A stretch of 64,000 nt of DNA from Bacteroidales bacterium (GTDB lineage: Bacteria; Bacteroidota; Bacteroidia; Bacteroidales; UBA12170). Shown piece after piece: positions 51,487 through 61,732 of this stretch. Where the stretch lies: assembly GCA_021158405.1 (NCBI GenBank), contig JAGGUP010000099.1, positions 1,211-65,210 on the forward strand, read 5' to 3'. The notes beneath the pieces are model-generated. The model ran no database searches, was not told where the DNA came from, and saw only the letters and a list, made by a program, of their open reading frames with translations. The position numbers were made by a program, and so were the translations under genes. Position 1 is the first letter of the stretch. Every line of letters begins with the position of its first letter.

Positions 51487-52674
51487 ATGAATATTCACGA
51501 ATATCAAGGAAAACAAATCCTAAAAAGTTTTGGTGTTAGAATTCAGGAAGGTATAGTTGCTGCCACTCCTGATAAAGCAGTTGATGCCGCTAAAGAATTA
51601 CAAAAACAAACCGGTACGAGTTGGTGGGTTGTAAAAGCTCAAATTCACGCTGGTGGTCGCGGAAAAGGCGGCGGAGTAAAACTTGCAAAAAGTCTGGATG
51701 AAGTTAAAACTTTAGCGGATCAAATTTTAGGAATGCAATTGGTTACACACCAAACTGGCCCTAAAGGAAAACTTGTAAGTAAAGTATTAATTGCTCAAGA
51801 TGTTTATTATCCTGGTGAAAGTGAAACTAAAGAGTATTATATGGGTGTTTTATTGAATCGCGCAACAGGTAAGAATATCATTATGTATTCTACTGAAGGT
51901 GGTGTTGATATTGAAACAGTAGCCGACAAAACTCCTCATTTAATTCATAAAGAAGAAATAGATCCTAAAGTTGGTCTACAAGGATTCCAAGCTAGAAAAA
52001 TTGCTTTCAACCTTGACCTCAGCGGTGCTGCGATGAAAGATATGGTAAAATTCGTTACTGCTTTATATAGCGCTTACGTAGGAACTGATGCAACAATGTT
52101 CGAAATCAATCCGGTATTAAAAACTTCTGATAATAAGATTTTAGCTGTTGATTCTAAAGTAAATCTAGATGATAATGCTTTATATCGTCATTTAGATTTT
52201 AAAGAACTACGTGATGTCACTGAAGAAGATCCTATAGAAGTTGAAGCACGTCGTTTTGATTTGAACTACGTTAAACTTGACGGAAATGTTGGCTGTATGG
52301 TTAACGGAGCTGGTTTAGCAATGGCTACTATGGATATGATTAAAATGGCTGGTGGCGATCCTGCTAACTTCCTTGATGTTGGAGGTTCTGCCAACGCTAA
52401 ACGCGTAGAAGAAGCATTCCGTATCATTCTTAGAGATCCTAATGTAGAAGCTATATTGGTGAATATCTTTGGTGGTATCGTTCGTTGCGACTTGGTAGCA
52501 CAAGGAATTGTTGATGCTTATCAAAATATTGGCAATATTAGTATTCCAATTATCGTTCGTTTACAAGGTACTAATGCCATTGAAGGAAAAAAATTGATTG
52601 ATGATTCAGGACTTAAAGTTCTTTCAGCTATAGCTCTTGAAGATGCAGCTCGTTTAGTTAGCGAGGTTGTTTAA
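51487..52674 (+). CDS. sucC: Succinyl-CoA synthetase (ADP-forming) beta subunit
   Basis: MNIHEYQGK, KAQIHAGGRGKGGGV, NGAGLAMATMD and NFLDVGG motifs. Confidence 0.96.
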   Translation: MNIHEYQGKQILKSFGVRIQEGIVAATPDKAVDAAKELQKQTGTSWWVVKAQIHAGGRGKGGGVKLAKSLDEVKTLADQILGMQLVTHQTGPKGKLVSKVLIAQDVYYPGESETKEYYMGVLLNRATGKNIIMYSTEGGVDIETVADKTPHLIHKEEIDPKVGLQGFQARKIAFNLDLSGAAMKDMVKFVTALYSAYVGTDATMFEINPVLKTSDNKILAVDSKVNLDDNALYRHLDFKELRDVTEEDPIEVEARRFDLNYVKLDGNVGCMVNGAGLAMATMDMIKMAGGDPANFLDVGGSANAKRVEEAFRIILRDPNVEAILVNIFGGIVRCDLVAQGIVDAYQNIGNISIPIIVRLQGTNAIEGKKLIDDSGLKVLSAIALEDAARLVSEVV

Positions 52675-52691
52675 TTAAAAATACCTATTCT

Positions 52692-52727
52692 AAAATCCGA
52701 AAATCTCCTGAGGTTTTCGGATTTTTT
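52692..52727. terminator. Bidirectional terminator after sucC
   Basis: AAAATCCGAAAA-N10-TTTTCGGATTTT followed by a T run. Confidence 0.85.
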
Positions 52728-52764
52728 TATCTTTCAGAGTTTGAGAGTACAATCCCAATAATAC

Positions 52765-52812
52765 TTTTCAACTTTAGCTCTCTCCTAACTTTAGTCACTT
52801 TTAACTTTAGAG
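52765..52812. repeat. AACTTTAG repeats with 16-17 bp period
   Basis: AACTTTAG at 52770, 52787 and 52803. Confidence 0.5.
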
Positions 52813-54327
52813 CTATCTCTCCAAACTCAAGCGCTCAAAGGCCTTCATTAAATCTTCTTCGGGAACTAAGAAATTTTCTAAACCCCAAAAATTCACATCG
52901 TAACGAGGCGAAAGATCACTAAAAATAGTATTTGCTCTAATTGTTTGATCAGCAGTAAACCGTCTGGGTGCAGATCCGTTTAACTCAGTTGCAACCATTT
53001 CAAAGCTTGCTGAATATTTCGATGACAAAAATTTACGCTTTAGCTTCACTTTTAAAGTCAATTCTCCTTGAATATGATGCATATAATAGATACCTTCGGA
53101 TTCCTTATAAGTAACGGTATAATGCGCATTTTGCGGAATGATTAACAGTCGTGGACTCTGTCGCACAATAAAAGCATTTCGCATTTTTTGCAAAGAAGCT
53201 TTTGTATATTGAAACTCCAGCTCAACAAATGCCAAGCTTTTTACGTCTAAATAAATGTACCCTTCATAGACAAAAGCCTGTTTTGAATTCTTCGGTTTGA
53301 ATTCAATTTTATAGGCCAGTTTATCATCATTTATAACCATATCACGCATAGAATAAACATAATCATTCATCAATTCCAGATCAATAAATGAAAAACTATT
53401 TTTTACCACATCTAAATCTAAACTAGTTTGAATCCCTCCATACAACTTAATTTTAATGCTGTCTTTGCGTTCAATCGCCTTGAAGCTACGTTGCTTTACT
53501 AATTTCACTTGCTCCTTGAAAAGAGAAGGCCGGTAAGGTCGTTTTAAAACATCCAAAATTCCTTCAGAATAGAGCATATATTTTTTATCTCGCTTAATCG
53601 CTTCGCGATAAAATGCTCGTTGAACAAAGGAATGATTTGGATAATTTCTTTTTTTGTAATCAATAGCCATACGAATCAAGTTTTCGGGATGTAAACCCCG
53701 AATAATGACTTCTTGCAAAGGAATACTCGTCGATTCAAGCGAATATATTTTGTATTTTGGAATAAAATGAAGTGGGATTCTCAAAGTTCGATAACCCAGA
53801 TAACTTATTAAAATAGAATCGTTTGTATGACTATTTCTTATTTGAATATAAAAAAGGCCATCTTCATTGCTGATGGTCCCCAAGATTGAGTTCTGAACAG
53901 AAATAGCTGCAAAAGGGAGTGCATCTCCCGTTTTAGCATCACGAATCTCTCCTCCAAAAGAAATGATTTGTGATGATGAAAGACTATCCACTAGCACCAA
54001 AGCATTATCAGCAGGAATCTTTTGCTCATACACAACCAATTGATTTTCTATTATTTGATAATTCAAATTGGGGTTTGAAAATAAACTATCCAGGATAATG
54101 CATAAAGGAACATTTTTAAAATAAGCGTTCACTCTATTTGTGGTATGCAATAAATCCGATCTAAAAGTAAAATGCAAATCGGTTTGATTTTCAATAATTA
54201 AGAGAGCAGAATCGACAGAAATATTAGAAAATTTCAGGCTTTTTGGTTGATATAATACCTGCTCCTGCCCACTTAAGCGAACAGTTAAAAAAAGAAACAG
54301 TATTCCTATTAACCAGAGCTTAGGCAA
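52813..54327 (-). CDS. Exported STN + carboxypeptidase-regulatory-like + uncharacterised C-terminal domain protein (no TonB barrel)
   Basis: Signal peptide; STN-like aa ~25-100; GEIRDAKTGDALPFAAI...TISNEDG.F...ISYLGY domain; C-terminal AFYREAIK...FWG..N; only 504 aa and no terminal Phe. Confidence 0.8.
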   Translation of the reverse strand: MPKLWLIGILFLFLTVRLSGQEQVLYQPKSLKFSNISVDSALLIIENQTDLHFTFRSDLLHTTNRVNAYFKNVPLCIILDSLFSNPNLNYQIIENQLVVYEQKIPADNALVLVDSLSSSQIISFGGEIRDAKTGDALPFAAISVQNSILGTISNEDGLFYIQIRNSHTNDSILISYLGYRTLRIPLHFIPKYKIYSLESTSIPLQEVIIRGLHPENLIRMAIDYKKRNYPNHSFVQRAFYREAIKRDKKYMLYSEGILDVLKRPYRPSLFKEQVKLVKQRSFKAIERKDSIKIKLYGGIQTSLDLDVVKNSFSFIDLELMNDYVYSMRDMVINDDKLAYKIEFKPKNSKQAFVYEGYIYLDVKSLAFVELEFQYTKASLQKMRNAFIVRQSPRLLIIPQNAHYTVTYKESEGIYYMHHIQGELTLKVKLKRKFLSSKYSASFEMVATELNGSAPRRFTADQTIRANTIFSDLSPRYDVNFWGLENFLVPEEDLMKAFERLSLER

Positions 54328-54332
54328 ATCAG

Positions 54333-55319
54333 TTAGGGTTTTGGTGAATAAATTATAATTCTGTCTTCTTCTGTTTTTTGTTTCAAATTAAAAGTCAGAC
54401 ACATTGCATCCAGCAATGCATCCACGTCCAATTGATTGTATTTTGAAGTCAATGGCAATCCTCCCAATTCATTCTCCGCTAAATCAATTTGTACAGCATA
54501 TGCTCTGTTGAGGGTTTGAAGCACTTCTTTCAAAGGTGTATTATTGAATTCTAGCATTTTGGTTTTCCATGCCAAATAATTCAAATCATTAATCGACTTA
54601 TTTTGAAGCACATTATTTTTTAAGCTTGCAAAATCACCTTTTTCCAGAATCAACTCTTGTTCGGGATTTTGAACGCCTTGAATACGAACTTTTCCGCTGC
54701 TTACCAACACTTCCACATTGTTTTCCTCACCCAAAGCCCGAACATTAAACGATGTTCCAAGTACCTGAATCCTTGCCCTTTCTGTTTCAATAACAAAAGG
54801 CTGTTCCTTATCCGGTTTCACATCAAAATAGGCTTCTCCAGCGAGCTTTACAAGACGTGATTTCCCAACAAACTTATCGGGAAAAGATAAACTGCTATTT
54901 CCATTTAAATAAACAATTGTTCCGTCTGAGAGTTCCACTTTCTTTTGGTCAAACGCTGTTTGTATATTCTCCAATTGAATATCGCTTTGAACAATTTTAA
55001 AGATGCCATAGCCGATGCTCAACAAAACAAGTAGACTTGCAGCGATTCCAAACAAATTTTTGTGTTGGGAAACAAAACTCACACTTAGCTTTTCCTCTTT
55101 ATTAATTCTGGTATTCAGTTTTGTCCATGCCTTATTTGTCGCATCGGTATACTTATAATTGGCTTTTTCTGCCTGTTTCATTTTACTGTCCATTTCCATT
55201 AGTAACTCCTTTCCATCTTGCCTCTCAGCCCATGCTTCAATACGCGCATGATCCTCCTCACTTAACTCATTTGAAAAATAAGCTGTTATATTCTCCCAAT
55301 ATTTTTTATTTACTTTCAT
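54333..55319 (-). CDS. FecR family anti-sigma factor
   Basis: N-terminal YF..ELS helix, one TM (IAASLLVLLSIG), LSDGT.VYLN, VLGTSFNV and a C-terminal DUF4974-like domain. Confidence 0.92.
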   Translation of the reverse strand: MKVNKKYWENITAYFSNELSEEDHARIEAWAERQDGKELLMEMDSKMKQAEKANYKYTDATNKAWTKLNTRINKEEKLSVSFVSQHKNLFGIAASLLVLLSIGYGIFKIVQSDIQLENIQTAFDQKKVELSDGTIVYLNGNSSLSFPDKFVGKSRLVKLAGEAYFDVKPDKEQPFVIETERARIQVLGTSFNVRALGEENNVEVLVSSGKVRIQGVQNPEQELILEKGDFASLKNNVLQNKSINDLNYLAWKTKMLEFNNTPLKEVLQTLNRAYAVQIDLAENELGGLPLTSKYNQLDVDALLDAMCLTFNLKQKTEEDRIIIYSPKP

Positions 55320-55327
55320 TTCAACTT

Positions 55328-55879
55328 TTAGTTTATATGCACATATTCATCCATTTGGCGTTTCAAATATTTCAAAGCTTTTGTCATATTGGCTTCCACC
55401 GTTTTTATGCTGATAGCCAATTTATCGGCTATTTCACTATATTTTAAACCCTGATAGCGATTGAGTTTGAAAATTGTTTTGCAATTCTCGGGAAGCTCTT
55501 CAACTACCTTATTTATTTTAACGGATAGCTCATTATAAAGTAATATTTCGCCAGGATTCATGCTTTCATGGTTATTCCAATTTCGGCCGTCTTGCTGATA
55601 ATTCAGCTTTCTTTTCTCTCTTTTCAATAGTTGTAAGCAATTGTTATAAACGGCTTTATAAAGATAGGATGAAAAAGAAGTATGAATATCGAGCGATTTT
55701 TTATTTTTCCAGATACCAAAAAAAATATCCTGAACAATCTCCTCGGCATTGGCTTCCGATTTAATAATAGACACAGCATAGGACAGTAAGGGCTGAAAAT
55801 ATTCCCTAAACAAAAGCTCATACTCTTGAATATTGCCTTTCTTAATGGCTTTTAACCGTGCGATGTCTTGTATTGTCAA
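55328..55879 (-). CDS. ECF sigma-70 factor (Bacteroidota FecI-like)
   Basis: AEEIVQDIF..IW (region 2) and LKYSEIADKLAISIKTVEANM.KALK (region 4). Confidence 0.93.
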   Translation of the reverse strand: MTIQDIARLKAIKKGNIQEYELLFREYFQPLLSYAVSIIKSEANAEEIVQDIFFGIWKNKKSLDIHTSFSSYLYKAVYNNCLQLLKREKRKLNYQQDGRNWNNHESMNPGEILLYNELSVKINKVVEELPENCKTIFKLNRYQGLKYSEIADKLAISIKTVEANMTKALKYLKRQMDEYVHIN

Positions 55880-55970
55880 TGCCTGAAAATTTAGACTCTA
55901 ATTTACACAAATAAATCAGAGGGTCGAAGTTTTTATTCTCCTTCCCCCTGTAATATACTTGAAACTCTAC

Positions 55971-57266
55971 CTATCTGTTCATAACTCTATTCAACTTCCG
56001 AATCGCAACCTCAATTGATTTATCCGGTTCAATTGTATTGTATTTGCCCCAAAAATTTTCGTCAGCAAAAACACCTACTTTATCGTTCAGCACATCCCTT
56101 CTTTTAAAACGATCTTTATTTGAAATTACTTCCACATTTTGCTCATCGCGATCTGTAATAGCAATCTCCGACTTAAGCGTATAAGTGGTTGAAAATAATT
56201 TCTTTTTCCACTTTACTTTGAATTGCACTTCGCCAATGGCATAATTAAAATACCATTTTCCATTTTGCTCACGATATCTTATCGAATATTTGGCTACTGT
56301 TGGAATAACTTTGGCACCAAAAGGCTTTTTTCTAATGAAAAGTCTGCTCGCTTCTATCGGTTTATCAAGATTCAAACTAAAATCTGCAGATGTCAATGCC
56401 AGCGTCTCCACATCTAAATAGAATTTTCCTTCATACAAGGGAAAATCCTCTACTTTATGACGTTCTTTAAAAGCGATTACATAGTTCAACTTATGATCAA
56501 TTTTTACCATATTTTCGAGCGTAAACTCATAATGTTGCAACATTTCTTCATCAATAAGAATATCAGGGTTTTTCATTGCGTCAAGCAATAAAGAGGTAAC
56601 AGGACCTCCTTGCAATTTAAACAATAAGGTATCCATTTTACGTTCATTCATCCCCTTACGGCCTCTAAAAATTCGAATCCTATCATTCGTATAACTGGTA
56701 TAAGGCGCTTTATAAATATCAACGACAGCTTCTGATAAACCAACATAAGTGTTTCTTTTCTTAATCGATTCGCGATAGAAACCTTTCATTGCATTGGCTT
56801 CATTCGCATAATTTTGGCCTATCCTTCTTAACATTGCCCGCACTATTGACTCAGGAGAGTCAGGAAATACTTGAACTTCATTCAAAGTAATAACAGCTGG
56901 TTGGAGTTCCAATATATTTCCTTCTGCTTTTAATTTAATTAGAGGAAAAGAAAGATTGTAATAGCCTAAGAACGAAATAAATAGGTTCTGAGATTTACTT
57001 TTTTTACTAATCTTAATTAAAAATTCGCCCTCTAAATTGGTAATCGTGGCAGTGTTCTCATCTTCGACAGTTACACTGGCAAAAACAAGTGGTTTTTTGG
57101 TTTGAGCATCAATAATCTTCCCTTTAAAGCTACGATAGCTTAAGGTATCGCTATCCTGATTACTTTTGGTTCTTAAATCTAGAGCCCATCCATTTGTGAT
57201 TGAGGTGACAAATAGCATGAAAACCACTGCTATCATTCTGATTTGATTAATTCTCCTTGTTTTCAT
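55971..57266 (-). CDS. Exported carboxypeptidase-regulatory-like domain protein, paralogue of 52813..54327 without STN
   Basis: Signal peptide; GKIIDAQTKKPLVFASV...TITNLEGEF...ISFLGY; GFYRESIKK; LQGGP; C-terminal FWGKYNTIEP. Confidence 0.82.
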   Translation of the reverse strand: MKTRRINQIRMIAVVFMLFVTSITNGWALDLRTKSNQDSDTLSYRSFKGKIIDAQTKKPLVFASVTVEDENTATITNLEGEFLIKISKKSKSQNLFISFLGYYNLSFPLIKLKAEGNILELQPAVITLNEVQVFPDSPESIVRAMLRRIGQNYANEANAMKGFYRESIKKRNTYVGLSEAVVDIYKAPYTSYTNDRIRIFRGRKGMNERKMDTLLFKLQGGPVTSLLLDAMKNPDILIDEEMLQHYEFTLENMVKIDHKLNYVIAFKERHKVEDFPLYEGKFYLDVETLALTSADFSLNLDKPIEASRLFIRKKPFGAKVIPTVAKYSIRYREQNGKWYFNYAIGEVQFKVKWKKKLFSTTYTLKSEIAITDRDEQNVEVISNKDRFKRRDVLNDKVGVFADENFWGKYNTIEPDKSIEVAIRKLNRVMNR

Positions 57267-57327
57267 GATGATTATTTTAAGTTTATAAATATAACGAATT
57301 CAAAGACCTATAATTTGGGCTTCTAAC

Positions 57328-57358
57328 AATAAGATGATTGAAAAGCAAAATACCCTAT
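57328..57358 (-). promoter_or_regulatory. Candidate ECF-dependent promoter
   Basis: Minus strand TAGGGTA-N14-CATCTTAT about 62 nt upstream of ATG 57266. It resembles the GGG(G)TA..TCTTAT pattern I associate with Bacteroidota FecI-like sigmas. Confidence 0.45.
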
Positions 57359-57480
57359 CGAAAAAACAAAAATAAATTTTCTCTCCATCAAAAGTAAAGT
57401 GCATAAAAACAAAAATAGGTATAAAGATTTTACTGCTATTAATACTAGCGGATTATTCCTTTGGAAAACTTCGTCTTACC

Positions 57481-57548
57481 CTTTGTGTGACTTTGTGCTT
57501 ACCTTTTTTTTACCACTAAGGGGCACCAAGAAAAGCACTAAGGCACAC
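57481..57548. repeat. Inverted pair of CTTTGTG/CTTAGTG repeat arrays
   Basis: ctttgtgtgactttgtgc (57481-57498) faces ccactaaggggcaccaagaaaagcactaaggcacac (57513-57548). Confidence 0.5.
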
Positions 57549-57561
57549 TCAATTAATAAAC

Positions 57562-57588
57562 AAAAAAAGGAAGCCCTAAGACTTCCTT
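57562..57588 (-). terminator. Terminator of the rnf operon
   Basis: AAGGAAG-N8-CTTCCTT, followed by a T run on the minus strand. Confidence 0.7.
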
Positions 57589-57614
57589 CAAAATATATAG
57601 ATTTTTATTTTTGG

Positions 57615-58187
57615 CTAAACCAATCCGGTAAATCCCATAAATGCAAGAGCAAGAATACCAGCAGTAACTAATGCTATTGGCACGCCTCGCATACCTTTAG
57701 GCACTTCCATGTTATCAAGATGCTCGCGTATGCCGGCAAAAATAACCATCGCTAAAGTAAAACCAATTGCAGTTGACATTGCAAAAACAACGCCCTCCAT
57801 TAAATTAAAGTCTTTTTGGATGGTTAAGATTGCAACACCCAATACAGCACAGTTAGTTGTGATTAGCGGTAAGAAAACACCTAAAGCACCATAAAGTGAA
57901 GGGCTTAATTTCTTTAACATAATCTCAACCATTTGCACCAAAGCAGCAATTACCAAAATAAAAGTAATCGTTTGTAAAAAGGTAATTCCTAATGGAACCA
58001 AAATATAGTGTTGAGCTAACCAAGTTACAACGGTTGCTAAAGTCATTACAAATAAAACAGCACCTCCCATTCCAATGGAAGTAGAAATTTTTCCAGATAC
58101 TCCAATAAAAGGGCAAATACCCAAAAACTGAGCAAGAACAACATTATTAACAAATATGGCGGCAATAATTATAATAGCATATTCCAT
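57615..58187 (-). CDS. rnfA: Rnf electron transport complex subunit A
   Basis: NNVVLAQFLGICPF and LPLITTNCAVLG motifs. Confidence 0.95.
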   Translation of the reverse strand: MEYAIIIIAAIFVNNVVLAQFLGICPFIGVSGKISTSIGMGGAVLFVMTLATVVTWLAQHYILVPLGITFLQTITFILVIAALVQMVEIMLKKLSPSLYGALGVFLPLITTNCAVLGVAILTIQKDFNLMEGVVFAMSTAIGFTLAMVIFAGIREHLDNMEVPKGMRGVPIALVTAGILALAFMGFTGLV

Positions 58188-58205
58188 GATTCTATCTATT
58201 TAAAA

Positions 58206-58793
58206 TTAAGCGTTCTTTTTATTTATACGATTGATGATAGCAATTAGATAACCCAAAGCAATAAAAGCACCTGGAGCCAATACAAATACTAACATAGCAT
58301 CACCTTCAATAAATTTAAAATTAAACAAGGCACCACTACCGAGGAGTTCACGAACTCCACCGAGAAGTGTTAAGGCAAAAGCAAATCCCAATCCCATTCC
58401 TAAGCCATCAACCAGAGAAGCTCCAACAGAATTCTTTGATGCAAAAGCTTCTGCACGTCCTAAGACAATACAGTTTACAACAATTAAGGGGATAAACAAA
58501 CCCAACTGCTCATATAAACCTGGTAAATAGGCTTGCATAACCAATTCAACAATTGTTACAAACGAAGCAATAATGACAATAAATGAAGGAATCCGTACTT
58601 TATCCGGAATAAAATTCTTTACAGCAGAAACCACCGTATTCGATCCCATCAATACAAATGCTGTAGCTAAGCCCATGCCTAATCCATTAAGCGCAGAAGT
58701 AGTCACACCTAAAGTTGGGCACATTCCTAAAAGCAGAACAAAAACAGGATTTTCTTTAATAAATCCTTTAGTAAAATTTTTAAGCTGACTCAT
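58206..58793 (-). CDS. rnfE: Rnf subunit E
   Basis: [15 protein letters not shown] and [15 protein letters not shown] motifs. Confidence 0.95.
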   Translation of the reverse strand: MSQLKNFTKGFIKENPVFVLLLGMCPTLGVTTSALNGLGMGLATAFVLMGSNTVVSAVKNFIPDKVRIPSFIVIIASFVTIVELVMQAYLPGLYEQLGLFIPLIVVNCIVLGRAEAFASKNSVGASLVDGLGMGLGFAFALTLLGGVRELLGSGALFNFKFIEGDAMLVFVLAPGAFIALGYLIAIINRINKKNA

Positions 58794-59371
58794 TATTCTT
58801 TTCCTCCTTTATTTTTTTCAAAGGTGTCGTAAGCACGTTGAACGGCATCAGAAAATGCACGTGAGCTAATAGTAGCAGCCGTTATAGCATCAACATCGCC
58901 TTTATCTTTTTTTACTTTCAATACAAATTTAGCAGGGTTAACGCCCATAAACTGATCTTTAAATTTAGGTGTGGACATCTTTGTTCCTAATCCTGGAGTT
59001 TCTTTATGTTCCAAAACGGATATATTTTGAATACTTCCATCAGGTAAAAAACCCACCATTAATTTAACCAGTCCACCGAAACCTTTCATCGTATAGGTTT
59101 CAATAGCCGTTCCTACATAAAGACTATCTTTTTTAGCGACATAGAAATTTAACATTTCTGTACCATTTGCTTCCTGAACTGTTTGCACTTCAACCTGATC
59201 AAAAGCTGGAAGAACAGCTTCAATAGCTTTATTCAATTTAGCTTTCTTTGCTATTTCAATTGGCTCTTTGGTTAGATTATAAACACTACCCAAAGCAAGG
59301 CCAGCAACAGCGGTCACAACAAAAAGAACGACCACCATATTTATAAATGTAGATTCTGTTTTAGCAGCCAT
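58793..59371 (-). CDS. rnfG: Rnf subunit G
   Basis: N-terminal TM, ETPGLG, flavinylation motif DAITAAT. Confidence 0.93.
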   Translation of the reverse strand: MAAKTESTFINMVVVLFVVTAVAGLALGSVYNLTKEPIEIAKKAKLNKAIEAVLPAFDQVEVQTVQEANGTEMLNFYVAKKDSLYVGTAIETYTMKGFGGLVKLMVGFLPDGSIQNISVLEHKETPGLGTKMSTPKFKDQFMGVNPAKFVLKVKKDKGDVDAITAATISSRAFSDAVQRAYDTFEKNKGGKE

Positions 59372-59373
59372 AA

Positions 59374-60360
59374 TTATTTCCTCCCAAATCTTTTTGGTTT
59401 AAAAGCTTTATTCAATAATGGGGTAACACTATTCATAAGTAAAATAGCGAACGACATTCCTTCGGGATAAGCACCCCAAGTACGTATGGTAACTGTTAGC
59501 AAACCAATTCCAACTCCATACACAAGCTGTCCATTTCTCGACATCGGTGAAGAAACCATATCGGTAGCCATAAAAATAGCTCCCAGCATCATACCACCTG
59601 TAAGCAAATGAAATAAAGGATTCACATAATGCGTTGGATCAATCAACCAAAAAATACCAGAGAAAATTACAACCGTTAAAAGAATACTAAGTGGAATTTC
59701 CCAAGTAATAATTTTTCTTCTAAGCAAACAAAAGCCGCCAAGCAATAATGCCAAAGCAGAAACTTCTCCAAGAGATCCTCCAATTCCACCAATAAACTGT
59801 TGCATAAACGAAGGCACTTGAGCCATCACTTGATCAACAGTTAAGCCTGCATCCAAACCTTCCTTTACAATTCCTAAAGGAGTTGGTCCGGTAATGGCAT
59901 CAGCTATTCCATTGGTTATAGGACTAATTTTTGGCCACGATGTCATTTGAACAGGAAAGGAAATCAATAGGAAAACACGACCAACGAGAGCCGGATTAAA
60001 TACATTTTTACCAAGACCACCAAAAGACATTTTACCAATTCCAATAGCAACAAGTGCACCTATTACAATAATCCACCAAGGTAGATTTGAAGGCACGTTA
60101 AAAGCTAATAAAACACCTGTTATTACTGCTGAACCGTCCATATAGGTATCGGCTCCTTTTATTAGGTATTTTTGGAAAAACCATTCAAAAAATATGGAAG
60201 CCGCAACGGCTATCAATGTTACTCTAACAGCATCAAGACCAAAATAGTAAATAGAAACCAACATAGCCGGAACCATTGCGATTACTACTCCCCACATAAT
60301 CTTTTTTACTGAATTATCTCCGTGAACGTGCGGAGATGCCGAAATAGATAATAAACTCAT
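59374..60360 (-). CDS. rnfD: Rnf subunit D
   Basis: SPH N-terminus, GGLGKNVFNPAL, DAITGPTPL flavinylation site, FMATD. Confidence 0.94.
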   Translation of the reverse strand: MSLLSISASPHVHGDNSVKKIMWGVVIAMVPAMLVSIYYFGLDAVRVTLIAVAASIFFEWFFQKYLIKGADTYMDGSAVITGVLLAFNVPSNLPWWIIVIGALVAIGIGKMSFGGLGKNVFNPALVGRVFLLISFPVQMTSWPKISPITNGIADAITGPTPLGIVKEGLDAGLTVDQVMAQVPSFMQQFIGGIGGSLGEVSALALLLGGFCLLRRKIITWEIPLSILLTVVIFSGIFWLIDPTHYVNPLFHLLTGGMMLGAIFMATDMVSSPMSRNGQLVYGVGIGLLTVTIRTWGAYPEGMSFAILLMNSVTPLLNKAFKPKRFGRK

Positions 60361-60367
60361 AGGTATC

Positions 60368-61699
60368 TTATTTCTGATTTCTGTTTCTAATTATCTGACC
60401 CACTTTATTTTTTCCTAAGCGGATATAATCGAGCAATGGAATATTTGAAGGACAAGTGAATGAACACGAACCACACTCAATACAATCCATTACCAATTCT
60501 TTTTCTACAACATCAAACTTTGCAAGCTTAGATGATTTTGAAAGCAAGAAAGGCTCTAATCCCATCGGACAAGCTTCAACACATTTACCACAACGAATAC
60601 AGGTATTAACTTCTCCGCGTTTAGCATCACCATCAGCCATTAAAAGAATACCCGAGGTTCCTTTAACAACGGGAATATCAGTATTTAACACTGCTTTCCC
60701 CATCATTGGACCACCACTGATAATCTTACCTGTATTATCAGGTAATCCTTGAGCTGCCTCAATTAAGCTTTTAATCGGTGTTCCAACTCTAACTAAAAAA
60801 TTTGAAGGTTGTATTACCGATTTACCAGTAACCGTTACAACACGCTCAAACAAAGGCTTGTTCTTCTGAACAGCTTCATAAACAGCATAAGCAGTACCCA
60901 CATTATTCACAACGCATCCAACTTCCAAAGGCAGTTTTCCAGAAGGGACTTCCCTACCCGTTAAAGCTTTTATCAATTGCTTCTCACCACCCTGAGGATA
61001 TTTCACTTTCAAAGGATGAATACTAATACCTTTATATTTGGTCGCTAATTTTTTAAGATGTTCAATGGCATCAGGCTTATTATTTTCAATTCCAATCATG
61101 GCCTTGTTGGTATTCAAGCCTTTCATCAGAATAGTTGTTCCTATAAGCATCTCCTCCCCTTTTTCCATCATCAATCGATGATCGGAAGTTAGATAAGGCT
61201 CACATTCAACGCCATTAATAATAAGATAATCAACTTTCTTACCCTCAGGAACCATCAACTTAACAAAAGAAGGAAAAGTAGCACCACCAAGGCCTACAAT
61301 ACCCATTTCGTTTAGTTTATCGGTAATTTCTTTGGAATTAAGCTTAATGTCAGCATCAATATCATCAGAACGATTGATGGTCTCTAACCATTCATCACCT
61401 TCAACATTAATAATTATAGATGGTCGGCGAAAACCGCTGGCATCATAAACATTATCAATTTTAAACACTTTACCAGAAACTGGAGAGTGAATATTTGCTG
61501 AGATAAATCCGCTTGATTTTGCAATTAATTGGCCAACTTTTACCTCATCGCCACGCTTTACAACCGGAGTTGCAGGAGCGCCAAGATGCTGACCAACAGG
61601 CACAACAACTTGCTCAGGAATAGGCAAAGTTTCTATAACAGCCTCAGCGGATAATTTATTTTCAGGTGGGTGAACACCTCCTAATTTAAAGGTTTTCAT
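60368..61699 (-). CDS. rnfC: Rnf subunit C
   Basis: GGVHPPENK, GLGGATFP, NGVECEPYLTSD and two 4Fe-4S motifs. Confidence 0.95.
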   Translation of the reverse strand: MKTFKLGGVHPPENKLSAEAVIETLPIPEQVVVPVGQHLGAPATPVVKRGDEVKVGQLIAKSSGFISANIHSPVSGKVFKIDNVYDASGFRRPSIIINVEGDEWLETINRSDDIDADIKLNSKEITDKLNEMGIVGLGGATFPSFVKLMVPEGKKVDYLIINGVECEPYLTSDHRLMMEKGEEMLIGTTILMKGLNTNKAMIGIENNKPDAIEHLKKLATKYKGISIHPLKVKYPQGGEKQLIKALTGREVPSGKLPLEVGCVVNNVGTAYAVYEAVQKNKPLFERVVTVTGKSVIQPSNFLVRVGTPIKSLIEAAQGLPDNTGKIISGGPMMGKAVLNTDIPVVKGTSGILLMADGDAKRGEVNTCIRCGKCVEACPMGLEPFLLSKSSKLAKFDVVEKELVMDCIECGSCSFTCPSNIPLLDYIRLGKNKVGQIIRNRNQK

Positions 61700-61732
61700 A
61701 TGTTTTCCCTTTAGTTTTTTTAAGAGAATATT

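Noticed and set aside
51487-52674. sucC without adjacent sucD
   Set aside because: Split sucC/sucD is common in Bacteroidota and not evidence of loss.
57399-57671. 90-aa plus-strand ORF
   Set aside because: It runs through the repeat array and rnf terminator, antisense to rnfA.
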